The translations under genes were made by a program, and so were the position numbers. 64,000 bases of DNA, from contig JBKHFH010000002.1 in assembly GCA_046540335.1 (NCBI GenBank), positions 5,287 through 69,286 of the forward strand, read 5' to 3'. This stretch comes from Thermoplasmata archaeon (lineage in GTDB: Archaea; Thermoplasmatota; Thermoplasmata; Halarchaeoplasmatales; Halarchaeoplasmataceae). The stretch's first letter is position 1, and every line of letters starts with the position of its first letter. Under the pieces are notes generated by a model. The model was not told the DNA's origin. It did not search any database and saw nothing but the letters and a program-made list of their open reading frames with translations. Positions 9,789 to 19,049 of this stretch are shown one piece after another.

Positions 9789-9979
9789 ATGAAATCGACG
9801 AAGAGATATTAGAGCTTCTCGACAAGAGAGCTAAGGTAGCGAAAGAGATAGGCGAGATCAAAAGAGAAAAAGGTATATCGATAACCGATAATGAGAGAGA
9901 AAAAGAGATCTTGAAGCGAACGGGAAGATACAGAGAGGTCTTCGAAGAGATAATAAGTGCTTGCAAGGAAGTGGAGTGA
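9755..9979 (+). CDS. aroQ: chorismate mutase, AroQ class (monofunctional)
   Basis: 74 aa all-helical protein with 'LRERIDEIDEEILELLDKRAKVAKEIGEIKREKGISITDNEREKEILKR'; TTG start overlapping the aroC 3' end. Confidence 0.6.
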   Translation: MERIHELRERIDEIDEEILELLDKRAKVAKEIGEIKREKGISITDNEREKEILKRTGRYREVFEEIISACKEVE

Positions 9980-9983
9980 AGGG

Positions 9984-10793
9984 ATGAAAATAGAAAAGAT
10001 AGGGATCATCGGATACGGGAAGATGGGAAGATCACTCGCACATCAGTTCAGCGATCAATACAAAATCGGTATCTATTCTAAAGGCGATTTTGAGACGGAG
10101 TTCGAGGTCTTCGACTCCCTTGAATCCTTATGCAGCTCTTCAGATTGTTTGGTCATAACGATCCCAAGCGAAGAGGTCAAGAGTATATTGGATAAGCTTT
10201 CCTTGATGGAGATCAGCGAGGATAAGATGATCTTTGATATATCTACATTCAAGAAAGATATCATCGATGGATACAAGAGCCTTCCCGAGCATCTCACGGT
10301 CGCGAGCGCGCATCCGATGTTCGGTGAAGGAGTCGATACTCTGAAAGATGAAAATGTGATAGTCGTGCCCGTAGAGAGAAAAGAGCAGGGATTGGATCGA
10401 GTAAAAAGATTTTTCGAAAGATTCGGGGCGGATGTTTCCGAAATGAGTCCAGATAAACACGATGAACTCATGAAAGTCCTTATAGGTGTTCCTTACTTTT
10501 TTGGTCTCTCATATCTGAGCCTGATATCCGAGTTCGAAGAGATAGAAAGATATGGAGGACCTTCGTTCGAGTTCCTTTCAACATACGGCAAGGCGGTCCT
10601 TAACGATTCACCAGAATTCATAGAGGAGGTTATAGATCGATCGACGGATTTTATTGAAAAAATTTTTGATGATCCAGAAATCGAGGGTGAGGAACTGAAC
10701 AGTTTGCAAAAAAAATATAGGAAGGATATCGAGAGGAGTTATTCAAAACTATATGAGTTAAAAGAAAAAGATCGATCTGAGACAGGAGGATGA
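9984..10793 (+). CDS. tyrA: prephenate dehydrogenase
   Basis: 'IGIIGYGKMGRSLAHQF' Rossmann motif, with a prephenate-dehydrogenase C-terminal domain. Confidence 0.75.
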   Translation: MKIEKIGIIGYGKMGRSLAHQFSDQYKIGIYSKGDFETEFEVFDSLESLCSSSDCLVITIPSEEVKSILDKLSLMEISEDKMIFDISTFKKDIIDGYKSLPEHLTVASAHPMFGEGVDTLKDENVIVVPVERKEQGLDRVKRFFERFGADVSEMSPDKHDELMKVLIGVPYFFGLSYLSLISEFEEIERYGGPSFEFLSTYGKAVLNDSPEFIEEVIDRSTDFIEKIFDDPEIEGEELNSLQKKYRKDIERSYSKLYELKEKDRSETGG

Positions 10794-10915
10794 ATTGAAA
10801 AAGAAAAAAGAGGGGGAAAAAAATGAGGTACTATCTTGTCAAGAAAGATCGGACCGTAAGTGGCCCGTGATAGTCTCTAAAAAAATCTCAAAAAAGATAT
10901 TAAGGAGTTATATCA

Positions 10916-10937
10916 TGTGATCGATGTATAGATCACA
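10916..10937. promoter_or_regulatory. perfect 7-bp inverted repeat 'tgtgatc-N8-gatcaca' about 70 bp upstream of the haem operon
   Basis: Palindrome read directly from the sequence in the tyrA-sirC intergenic region. Confidence 0.3.
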
Positions 10938-11006
10938 GTGAGAAGGGAGAAAAAACCTAGAAAATTTCAGATTTTTTGATCTGGATATATGATTTCGTCG
11001 GTTTAG

Positions 11007-11723
11007 GTGTTCGATATGTGTGACATATCTCTCAATATAAACTTAGATATCAAAGAAAAACCCTGTCTTCTCGTAGGGGGTGGAAAGGTCGCCGAGAGGA
11101 AGGCTAAAATGCTAATCGTGTCTGGAGCGGATCTAGAGATCGTCAGTCCTCAAGTGACCGATGGTCTCGGTGATCTTATCGATGAAGAAGATATCTTTTA
11201 TCGAGAAAAAGATTTTGAAAGATCGGACGTTGATGGGAAATATCTGGTTATAGCTGCCACTTCCGATCGTAAGTTGAATAAGAAAGTCTCTGAAGCCGCA
11301 AAAAGTAGAGATATACCTGTTAACGTCGTGGATGATAAAGACCTGTCGGATTTCACTTTCACCGCAACCCTCCTAAGCGGGAACCTGAAGATCGCTGTGA
11401 GCACATCCGGTAAGAGTCCAGCACTCTCAGCTTCAGTCAAAGAAAGATTGAAAGGACATTTCGGGCCGGCTTACGAAAAGTATTTGGATGTTCTTGCTGA
11501 ATTGAGACCGAAGATTATAGATAGATATTCTCCTGAAAGAAGGAGGGAGATATTATTGAACTTGGGAGATCGTACGGTCGAGAGAGCTCTGTATGATGGC
11601 GACCTAAAAGGCGCGTTAGAAAAAGCATCGGGATCTTTACCGAAAGATCTGCAAGAAATATTTATTAAGATTATCAAAGATAAAGGAGTTGAGGTAGATG
11701 GACGATTTGATCATAGGGACTAG
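11007..11723 (+). CDS. sirC: precorrin-2 dehydrogenase / sirohydrochlorin ferrochelatase (SirC/Met8-like, CysG N-domain)
   Basis: 'LLVGGGKVAERKAKMLIVSGADLEIVSP' Rossmann motif typical of the sirohaem-synthase N-terminal domain. Confidence 0.7.
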   Translation: MFDMCDISLNINLDIKEKPCLLVGGGKVAERKAKMLIVSGADLEIVSPQVTDGLGDLIDEEDIFYREKDFERSDVDGKYLVIAATSDRKLNKKVSEAAKSRDIPVNVVDDKDLSDFTFTATLLSGNLKIAVSTSGKSPALSASVKERLKGHFGPAYEKYLDVLAELRPKIIDRYSPERRREILLNLGDRTVERALYDGDLKGALEKASGSLPKDLQEIFIKIIKDKGVEVDGRFDHRD

Positions 11724-12606
11724 AAAGAGCGAATTGGCAGTATATCAGGCTGAGAGGGTAGCGGATATCATCCTCCGGTCCGATGTTGAGGTGGATACCG
11801 AGATAAGAAGGATCAAGACCAAAGGGGACAAAATACTCGATAAACCGCTCTCTGAGATAGGAGGTAAAGGGGTATTTCTGAAAGAGATAGAGAAGTATCT
11901 TCTCGAAGGGGAGATAGATCTAGCCGTTCACAGTCTGAAGGATGTTCCCACCGAACTTCCAGAGGGTCTTAACATAGGTGCTTTTTTGGATGCTGAAGAT
12001 CCCAGGGATTGTCTCGTGTCTATCGACCATCAAAAGATCAGCGATCTGCCTTCAGGGTCTCGGATAGGCACGGGAAGTTTACGCCGGAAATGTCAGTTGT
12101 TGAGAAAACGACCAGATCTTGAAGTGGTGCCGGTCCGCGGTAATGTCAAGACCCGCTTGGAGAAACTCGAGAATGAAGATTACGACGCCTTGGTTCTTGC
12201 CGCTGCGGGTTTAAAAAGACTAGATCTCGAAGACAAGATCAGTCAGTACTTCTCTCCTCACGATTTTCTACCGGCTCCTGGACAGGGTGTTTTGGCTGTA
12301 GAGATAAAAGAAGATCCCGAATTGAAGGATCTCTTGATGGAGTTGGAGGAAGCCGAACTCAGGGATAAAATGACGGCTGAAAGGACCCTTTTGGAGAAGC
12401 TCGGCGGCGACTGCCACGTTCCGGTAGGCTGCCGTACAGAGCTCGTAAACGACCATTTGGTCTTGACAGCGTTGGTAGGCTCTCCAGATGGGCTAGAATA
12501 TATCGAGTTGAGGGAAAAAGGCGAACTGGACAGACCTTCAGAGCTTGGGGAGATAACGGCTGAAAGATTGTTAGACGCAGGTGCTGATAGGTTTTTGGAG
12601 GGATGA
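11698..12606 (+). CDS. hemC: porphobilinogen deaminase (hydroxymethylbilane synthase)
   Basis: 'IIGTRKSELAVYQAERVADIIL' N-terminus; about 300 aa. Confidence 0.85.
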   Translation: MDDLIIGTRKSELAVYQAERVADIILRSDVEVDTEIRRIKTKGDKILDKPLSEIGGKGVFLKEIEKYLLEGEIDLAVHSLKDVPTELPEGLNIGAFLDAEDPRDCLVSIDHQKISDLPSGSRIGTGSLRRKCQLLRKRPDLEVVPVRGNVKTRLEKLENEDYDALVLAAAGLKRLDLEDKISQYFSPHDFLPAPGQGVLAVEIKEDPELKDLLMELEEAELRDKMTAERTLLEKLGGDCHVPVGCRTELVNDHLVLTALVGSPDGLEYIELREKGELDRPSELGEITAERLLDAGADRFLEG

Positions 12607-14116
12607 AAATTTGGGAAAAGTATATCTGGTAGGTGCTGGACCAGGTGATCCAAGATTGTTGACGGTCAACGGAAAGAGGCTGTTGGAAGAGGCCGATGTT
12701 GTTATCTACGACAGATTGATCGAGAATTCGCTTTTGAATCATCTACCAGAAAGATGTGAAACGATATATGCGGGAAAAAGACCCGGAAAGCATAGACTTA
12801 CACAGGATGAGATAAACGAGAAATTGGTGGAAAAAGCTAGAGAAGGGAAAAAAGTTGTAAGGCTGAAAGGCGGTGATCCGTTCCTTCTGGGCCGAGGAGG
12901 TGAAGAAGCCCGATATCTGCGAAAACACGATATCAGTTTTGAGATCGTACCGGGTATCACTTCAGCTTTAGGGGTCCCGGCCTATGCTGGTATCCCGGCC
13001 ACCTCACGAGATGTTTCTTCTTCCGCAGCGATCATAACGGGACATGAGGACCCTGATAAAAAAGAGAGCAGTCACGATTGGCGATCGCTGGCAAAAGGTC
13101 CTGATACCTTGATATTTTTGATGGGTGTTAAGAACCTCCCCAGGATCCAGAAGAAGCTTTTGGAAAATGGAAGACCGGAGGACACTCCCGCCGCCGTCAT
13201 AGAAAGGGGAACGATGCCAGAACAGAAGACTCTGTATTCAACTTTAGATGAGATCTCACAAGAAGCCGAGGAGTACAACATATCTCCCCCGGCCGTGATT
13301 GTTGTAGGAGAAGTTGTAGGAAAAAGGGTAGAATGGCGTTCAGAGATGCCCCTTGCGGGTTTGAGGGTATTGAACACTCGTCCCAAAAAACAGGCTAGAG
13401 ATCTTACCGAAAGGTTGGAGGCGAAAGGTGCCGTTGTCCGGGAGGTACCCGCTATCAAGATCGCACCTCCAGAGGACAGTTCTGAACTTGACGAAGCCAT
13501 CGAAAGGGTCGGAACTTACGATTGGATAGTCTTCACCAGCACGAATGGTGTAGATCACTTCTTTAAAAGGATGGATGAGTTGGATCGTGATATCAGATCT
13601 CTTGAAGGTATAAATCTAGCGGCTATAGGGGAAAAAACGGCCCTGAAACTTGAAGATAAAGGTCTTAGAGTCGATCACGTTCCTAGTAAGTTTAGAGCGG
13701 AAGAATTATTGTCCGGTTTGAAGAAAAAGATGGATGGTGAAAGAAGTATATTATTACCTAGAACGCCGAAAGCTAGGGATCTACTCCCAGACGGATTGCA
13801 AAGATCGGGACATGATGTTGACGAGGTGGAAACTTATAGGACTCTGCGGACATCTCTTCCCGAGGACGTAGAAAAAGATCTAAAGGATGGTCTCTATAAC
13901 ATGATAACTTTCACGAGTTCATCCACAGTCGAAAATTTTCTGAAGATGATAGACGATGAACGACTTTTGGAAAATATGATCGTGGCGGCGATAGGTCCCG
14001 TGACTGCAGAGACCGCTAGAAAGAACGGTCTTGAGGTAGATATCATAGCGTCTGAATACGATATAGAAGGACTTTACGAAGCGATAATGAAATATGTGGG
14101 TGAGGGCAGATGTTAA
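12581..14116 (+). CDS. cobA-hemD: fusion of uroporphyrinogen-III C-methyltransferase (CobA/SUMT) and uroporphyrinogen-III synthase (HemD)
   Basis: N-terminal half carries 'VYLVGAGPGDPRLLTVNGKRLLEEADVVIYDRL' (SUMT); the C-terminal half from about residue 255 ('VLNTRPKKQARDLTERLEAKG') is HemD-like; the start is a non-ATG codon inside the hemC 3' end, so its position is uncertain. Confidence 0.8.
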   Translation: MLIGFWRDENLGKVYLVGAGPGDPRLLTVNGKRLLEEADVVIYDRLIENSLLNHLPERCETIYAGKRPGKHRLTQDEINEKLVEKAREGKKVVRLKGGDPFLLGRGGEEARYLRKHDISFEIVPGITSALGVPAYAGIPATSRDVSSSAAIITGHEDPDKKESSHDWRSLAKGPDTLIFLMGVKNLPRIQKKLLENGRPEDTPAAVIERGTMPEQKTLYSTLDEISQEAEEYNISPPAVIVVGEVVGKRVEWRSEMPLAGLRVLNTRPKKQARDLTERLEAKGAVVREVPAIKIAPPEDSSELDEAIERVGTYDWIVFTSTNGVDHFFKRMDELDRDIRSLEGINLAAIGEKTALKLEDKGLRVDHVPSKFRAEELLSGLKKKMDGERSILLPRTPKARDLLPDGLQRSGHDVDEVETYRTLRTSLPEDVEKDLKDGLYNMITFTSSSTVENFLKMIDDERLLENMIVAAIGPVTAETARKNGLEVDIIASEYDIEGLYEAIMKYVGEGRC

Positions 14117-15294
14117 ACCTATCTAAATTGCTGATAGAGTCGAACCATTACGGAGACAAGTTACGCTACAGCAAACACAGTAAAGGAGCTAAAAAAGGAA
14201 CTAGAGACGATATGGGGCCTGTAGTTGTATGGAACTGTACCAGAGCCTGTAACTTATCCTGCAAACACTGCTACGCGAGCGCAAACAGTTCTAAAGCCGA
14301 GGATGAACTCTCCACCGAGGAAGCGAAAGAGTTCATAGAGGATCTCGCGGATTATAACGTTCCAGTTCTCTTGTTTTCTGGCGGAGAGCCTTTGATGAGA
14401 GAAGATCTCGATGAACTGATAGGATACGCTATCGATAACGGATTGAGGGTCACGATCTCTACCAACGGTACTTTGATATCGGAGGAGAGAGCCAAAAAGT
14501 TCGAAGAGTTAGGCGTGAGTTATGTCGGTATAAGTTTGGACGGTCTAGAGGAGACAAATGACCGTTTTAGAGGCAGCGAAGAAGCTTTTGAGAGAGCACT
14601 GCAAGGGATAAGGAATTGTCAGAAAATAGATCAAAAAGTTGGTTTACGATTCACCATGACGGACTACAATAGAGATGAGATACCTGATATATTCGATCTA
14701 GTAAAAGAGGAAGATATCTCAAGACTCTGCTTCTATCATCTCGTACATAAAGGTAGAGGAGAGGAATTGAACGACGCCGCACTGACCGCTCAGGAAAATA
14801 GACATGTTATGGAATACATATTTGATAGAACCGAAGATCTCCTGTCTAAAGAAGATGATAGGGAGATACTAACCGTAGGAAATCACGTCGACGGTATATT
14901 CCTTTATCTAAAGATGCTTAAGGAGAACGACGAGAGAGCCGATAAGGTTCTTCGGTTCCTTGAGAACAACGGTGGTAACCGTTCTGGTATCGCGATAGCG
15001 TGTGTAGATTGGTCCGGTGATGTTCACCCGGATCAGTTCACCATGGAGTATTCTGTAGGTAATGTAAGGGAAAGAAGTTTTGGCGATATCTGGGACGATG
15101 AAGATGGTCTGCTTGGAAAGTTCAGAGAAAGAGAGTCACGCGTTAAAGGTAACTGTTCTGGATGCGATTGGTTCGATGTGTGCAACGGAAACTTCAGAGC
15201 TAGAGCTGAAGCTTCTTCTGGCGATCTTTGGGCTGAAGATCCAGGATGTTATCTTACTCTTGAAGAATTGGATAGACCCGATGGAGGGAAATGA
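14110..15294 (+). CDS. ahbC: radical SAM/SPASM enzyme of the alternative haem pathway (AhbC/AhbD, NirJ-like)
   Basis: CxxxCxxC cluster motif 'CNLSCKHC' plus a C-terminal Cys-rich SPASM region; haem-operon context. Whether this is AhbC or AhbD is not resolved. Confidence 0.65.
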   Translation: MLNLSKLLIESNHYGDKLRYSKHSKGAKKGTRDDMGPVVVWNCTRACNLSCKHCYASANSSKAEDELSTEEAKEFIEDLADYNVPVLLFSGGEPLMREDLDELIGYAIDNGLRVTISTNGTLISEERAKKFEELGVSYVGISLDGLEETNDRFRGSEEAFERALQGIRNCQKIDQKVGLRFTMTDYNRDEIPDIFDLVKEEDISRLCFYHLVHKGRGEELNDAALTAQENRHVMEYIFDRTEDLLSKEDDREILTVGNHVDGIFLYLKMLKENDERADKVLRFLENNGGNRSGIAIACVDWSGDVHPDQFTMEYSVGNVRERSFGDIWDDEDGLLGKFRERESRVKGNCSGCDWFDVCNGNFRARAEASSGDLWAEDPGCYLTLEELDRPDGGK

Positions 15295-15295
15295 A

Positions 15296-16258
15296 ATGTT
15301 GAAAAGACCGAGAAGATTGAGATACGATGAAAATTTGAGAGATATGGTGAAGGAAAATTCAGTCGATGTAAACGATCTTATTTATCCGATGTTCGTCAAG
15401 CAGGGCTCCGATATAAAAAAAGAGATCCCTTCGATGCCTGGGAACTATCATCTTTCTCCGGACGAAAGGTTGCTGGAAGAAGTGGAAAAAGTCGTGGAGA
15501 ACGGACTGAAAAGCGTTCTACTATTCGGTATACCAGAGGATCGGGATGAAACAGGCAGCATGTCTAGAGATGATCAGGGGCCTGTGCAGAAAGCCCTGCG
15601 ACTATTGAAAGACGAATTCCCAGATCTTTATCTTATCACCGATGTTTGCCTCTGCGCCTATACCTCTCACGGCCACTGCGGTATAGTTGAAGGAGAGAAG
15701 GTCAAGAACGATGAAACCCTTCCCTATCTTGCTGAAATGGCTCTATCCCATGTGAACAACGGAGCTGATATGGTCGCCCCCTCTGATATGATGGATGGGC
15801 GTGTGAAGGCGATAAGAGAAAAACTAGACGGAGAAGGTTATAAAGATATACCTATAATGTCCTATTCCGCGAAATATGCTTCCGCTTTCTACGGACCTTT
15901 CAGAGATGCCTGCGAGTCGAGTCCCGACTTTGGAGATCGAAGAAGCCATCAGATGGATCATCCTAACGCCCACGCCGCTGTGAGAGAAGCGTTGCTCGAC
16001 ATCGAAGAAGGAGCAGATATAATCATGGTGAAACCCGCTTTATCGTACCTTGATATCATCTACAGACTGAAAGAAGAGGTGAATGTACCTATCGCAGCTT
16101 ACAGCGTCAGCGGCGAGTATTCTCTCATCAAAAAAGGAGGCGAAGCCGGCTTGATAGATCCTGAAAGCTTGTTTTTAGAAGTGATGGATTCTATCAAAAG
16201 AGCAGGTGCGGACCTGATAATTACGTACCACGCTCTCGATCTCGCGAAGGAGCTCTGA
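15296..16258 (+). CDS. hemB: porphobilinogen synthase (delta-aminolevulinate dehydratase)
   Basis: 'MLKRPRRLRYDENLRDMVKE...LIYPMFV' N-terminus; the ATG lies 1 nt after the upstream stop codon. Confidence 0.9.
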   Translation: MLKRPRRLRYDENLRDMVKENSVDVNDLIYPMFVKQGSDIKKEIPSMPGNYHLSPDERLLEEVEKVVENGLKSVLLFGIPEDRDETGSMSRDDQGPVQKALRLLKDEFPDLYLITDVCLCAYTSHGHCGIVEGEKVKNDETLPYLAEMALSHVNNGADMVAPSDMMDGRVKAIREKLDGEGYKDIPIMSYSAKYASAFYGPFRDACESSPDFGDRRSHQMDHPNAHAAVREALLDIEEGADIIMVKPALSYLDIIYRLKEEVNVPIAAYSVSGEYSLIKKGGEAGLIDPESLFLEVMDSIKRAGADLIITYHALDLAKEL

Positions 16259-16262
16259 AAGT

Positions 16263-17258
16263 ATGAAGATGGTATCGTGGAATCTGACCAGGAGATGTGA
16301 TCTACGATGCGAGCACTGTTATAGAGACGCGGGACCGGACGCAGGGGACGTCGATAAAGAGCTCTCCACCGAAGAAGGATTTGAGCTTCTAGACGAGCTC
16401 AAGGAAGAAGGGTTCCTCCTCGTGATAATGAGCGGCGGAGAACCTTTGATGAGAGATGATCTGGAAGAATTGGTAGAACACGCTTCCGATATCGGACTTC
16501 GTCCAGTGATAGGTACTAATGCTGTCGATGTTGACAGGGCGAGGCTTGAAAGTTTGAAAGACGCGGGTTTGAAAGGGGCCGCAGTCAGTCTAGATAGTGT
16601 AGATCCAGAGATACATGACGAATTCAGAGGCATGGAAGGCGCGTGGGAGAAGACCACTTCTGCGATAGAGAAGATGGTCGAAGTCGGGATACCGGTTCAG
16701 ATAAACACCACCATCTCAGAACTGAATTATGACGAACTCGACGATATAGTCGAATTTGCGGAAGGACTAGGAGCCCGAGCTGTCCATCCTTTCTTTTTAG
16801 TACCTACGGGAAGGGGAAAAAAGATAGAGAGTTCTTCTTTACGGGCAGATAGATATCAAAAGATGATCGAAAAGGTAATAGAAAAGATGGACGAAACCGA
16901 TCTGGAATTGAAACCCACCTGCGCTCCACAATTCATAGTTCAGGCGGAAAAGATGGACAAATCATTGCGATACAGCCGAGGATGTCTGGCCGGTGTTTCA
17001 TACTGCTGCGTGCTACCTGAAGGCGAAGTCCACGTCTGTCCTTATCTTCCCGTCAAAGCTGGAGATCTGCGCGAAGAGACTTTCAGCGATATCTGGAACG
17101 ACAGCGAAGTTTTCCAGGAATTGAGAGGGTTCAAAGATTATGAAGGAAGATGCGGAGAATGCCCCAAAATAGATATATGCGGCGGCTGCAGAGCTAGAGC
17201 CTACTACTATTCCGATGGTGATTATTTAGCCGCGGATCCTTGGTGCAAGGTGAGATGA
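16263..17258 (+). CDS. ahbD: radical SAM/SPASM enzyme of the alternative haem pathway (AhbD/AhbC, NirJ-like)
   Basis: 'CDLRCEHC' radical-SAM motif and C-terminal 'CPKIDICGGCRARAYYY' SPASM motif; haem-operon context. Confidence 0.65.
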   Translation: MKMVSWNLTRRCDLRCEHCYRDAGPDAGDVDKELSTEEGFELLDELKEEGFLLVIMSGGEPLMRDDLEELVEHASDIGLRPVIGTNAVDVDRARLESLKDAGLKGAAVSLDSVDPEIHDEFRGMEGAWEKTTSAIEKMVEVGIPVQINTTISELNYDELDDIVEFAEGLGARAVHPFFLVPTGRGKKIESSSLRADRYQKMIEKVIEKMDETDLELKPTCAPQFIVQAEKMDKSLRYSRGCLAGVSYCCVLPEGEVHVCPYLPVKAGDLREETFSDIWNDSEVFQELRGFKDYEGRCGECPKIDICGGCRARAYYYSDGDYLAADPWCKVR

Positions 17259-17734
17259 TGCAGCGGGAGGATCTTTCTGAAGATGATAAGGTACTGTTAA
17301 CGAGAGCGCAGCGGGGACTGCCGTTGTCTCCGGCTCCGTTCGAAGATCTAGGTGAAGAGTTGAACATGGATGGAGACGAAGTGGTGGAAAGATTGAAGGA
17401 TCTGAAAGATAAAAAATTGATACGAAGGATCGGAGGCGTCTTCGATTCGAAAAAGATGGGCTGGGAGAGTACTTTATTAGCGGGAAAGATACCAGAAGAT
17501 GAGTTCTATGAGGTTGCGGAACAGGTCAATGAACATCCTGGGGTCACTCACAATTATCGAAGAGATCACGAATACAACATGTGGTTCACGCTCAGTGTGG
17601 GACCTGATGATGATCTTCAGCAAGAGATAAAGAAGTTGGAGGAAAAGACCGGTTTTGAATTTTTACAGCTGCCCAAAAAGAAGAAGTACAAACTCGGTGT
17701 TAAACTAGACCTTTCTAAGGAGGGTAAGAGATGA
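17255..17734 (+). CDS. ahbA: sirohaem decarboxylase subunit (AhbA/AhbB, NirD/L-like)
   Basis: AsnC/Lrp-like fold with 'LSEDDKVLLTRAQRGLPLSPAPFEDLGEEL' and 'HPGVTHNYRRDHEYNMWFTL', typical of NirDL/AhbAB; ATGA overlap with the upstream gene. Confidence 0.7.
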   Translation: MMQREDLSEDDKVLLTRAQRGLPLSPAPFEDLGEELNMDGDEVVERLKDLKDKKLIRRIGGVFDSKKMGWESTLLAGKIPEDEFYEVAEQVNEHPGVTHNYRRDHEYNMWFTLSVGPDDDLQQEIKKLEEKTGFEFLQLPKKKKYKLGVKLDLSKEGKR

Positions 17735-18216
17735 AGTTGGACGAAGAAGACAAAAAGTTGATCAGCGTCTTGCAGGAAGAGATCCCTTTGGAAAGGAGAC
17801 CTTTTGAAGAACTCGGTAAAAGAGTCGGATTGAACGAAGAGGAAGTCGTTGAAAGAGTCAAAAGGATGACGGAGAGCGGGATTTTGAAGAGGATCGCGCC
17901 GCTATTATATCACAGGAAAGCAGGGTTTGAAGTGAACGGGATGGTGGTTTGGAAGGTACCTCGAGAGAGTGAAGATGATGCAGGTCTGATATTGTCCGAA
18001 TTTGATGAGGTGAGCCACTGCTATCTAAGAGAGACGACCCCGGAATGGAAATACAATCTTTACAGCATGGTTCACGCCGAGAGCGAGGAGGAGTTGAAGG
18101 AGAGAGTTGAAAAGATGGCTGAAGAGATCGAAGCGGAAGATCATGATGTTTTGAGAAGTACTGAAGAATTGAAAAAGACCAGCCTAAAATATTTTGATTC
18201 GGTAATATCTAGATGA
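17731..18216 (+). CDS. ahbB: sirohaem decarboxylase subunit (AhbB/AhbA paralog)
   Basis: Paralog of the upstream gene ('ISVLQEEIPLERRPFEELGKRVG', 'VSHCYLRETTPEWKYNLYSMV'); ATGA overlap. Confidence 0.7.
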   Translation: MKLDEEDKKLISVLQEEIPLERRPFEELGKRVGLNEEEVVERVKRMTESGILKRIAPLLYHRKAGFEVNGMVVWKVPRESEDDAGLILSEFDEVSHCYLRETTPEWKYNLYSMVHAESEEELKERVEKMAEEIEAEDHDVLRSTEELKKTSLKYFDSVISR

Positions 18217-18266
18217 GACTTTTGAATCTGCTCGAAAGGTCCTCATGAAGTTAAAAAGCTGGAGAT

Positions 18267-18881
18267 TCATCTATTCTCCATCCTTTTGTAGATCATAGCT
18301 CCTAGAGCCCCGATGAATAGCGCTGTGAATATTATCTGGATGCCTATGCTGGTGAAGTCCGTACCTATCAGGAAACCGTGGACCAGTACGAAAAACAGCA
18401 TGATGTACATCAGAGCGTGGATCGGCTTCCAGTACTTGGGTATCTTTGATCTAACGAATGCAGCTAATGTGGCTATATATATCAATATGAGAGCTTGTCG
18501 TCCTCCGAGTAGCATGAAAGCGTAGAGTGAAGAGACGTCCGGTATGAAGACCGCAAGACTACTCACTTCTATCGCGAATATGACCGGGTGTAAAGTCGCT
18601 GCCGCTATGCCTATAGCAGCGAAAAGATGATGGACTTTCATGAACGACTTTCCCCATTCTTTGTATATCCGACTCATGAAAGGTGTGAGTAGGACTGCGA
18701 TAGACATCATGTAAAAGCCGGTCAGGGCGAAGAACCGTATGGTGAAATCGTATATATCTCCCCAGCCCATCGAGAGGAAGAGTATCACAACCACTAAGTA
18801 AAGAGCGCCTATAGCTCCTAAAGCACGATATCCTTTTTTAGTCACTTCTCCACTCATAGTTATGAATGTACTTTTAAACAT
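18267..18881 (-). CDS. 6-TM membrane protein, possibly a ferric-reductase-like haem-b-binding domain (YedZ/MsrQ-like)
   Basis: About 6 predicted TM helices; a pair of His in one helix ('HHLFAAIGIAAATLH', H-x13-H spacing) fits a bis-haem motif. Assignment is tentative. Confidence 0.4.
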   Translation of the reverse strand: MFKSTFITMSGEVTKKGYRALGAIGALYLVVVILFLSMGWGDIYDFTIRFFALTGFYMMSIAVLLTPFMSRIYKEWGKSFMKVHHLFAAIGIAAATLHPVIFAIEVSSLAVFIPDVSSLYAFMLLGGRQALILIYIATLAAFVRSKIPKYWKPIHALMYIMLFFVLVHGFLIGTDFTSIGIQIIFTALFIGALGAMIYKRMENR

Positions 18882-19049
18882 ATAAATATAATCCTGATTT
18901 TAAGTTAACATATATTGAACAAAATTTAATTTCCTCTTTTTTTTTGTTAGCTCTAAGTTGATTTTTCCGACAGCCCTGTCTGATAACAATTAATACAAAA
19001 GGAAATAACTGTATTACTTATTTATACCTCCTCCTATATAACAATAGAT

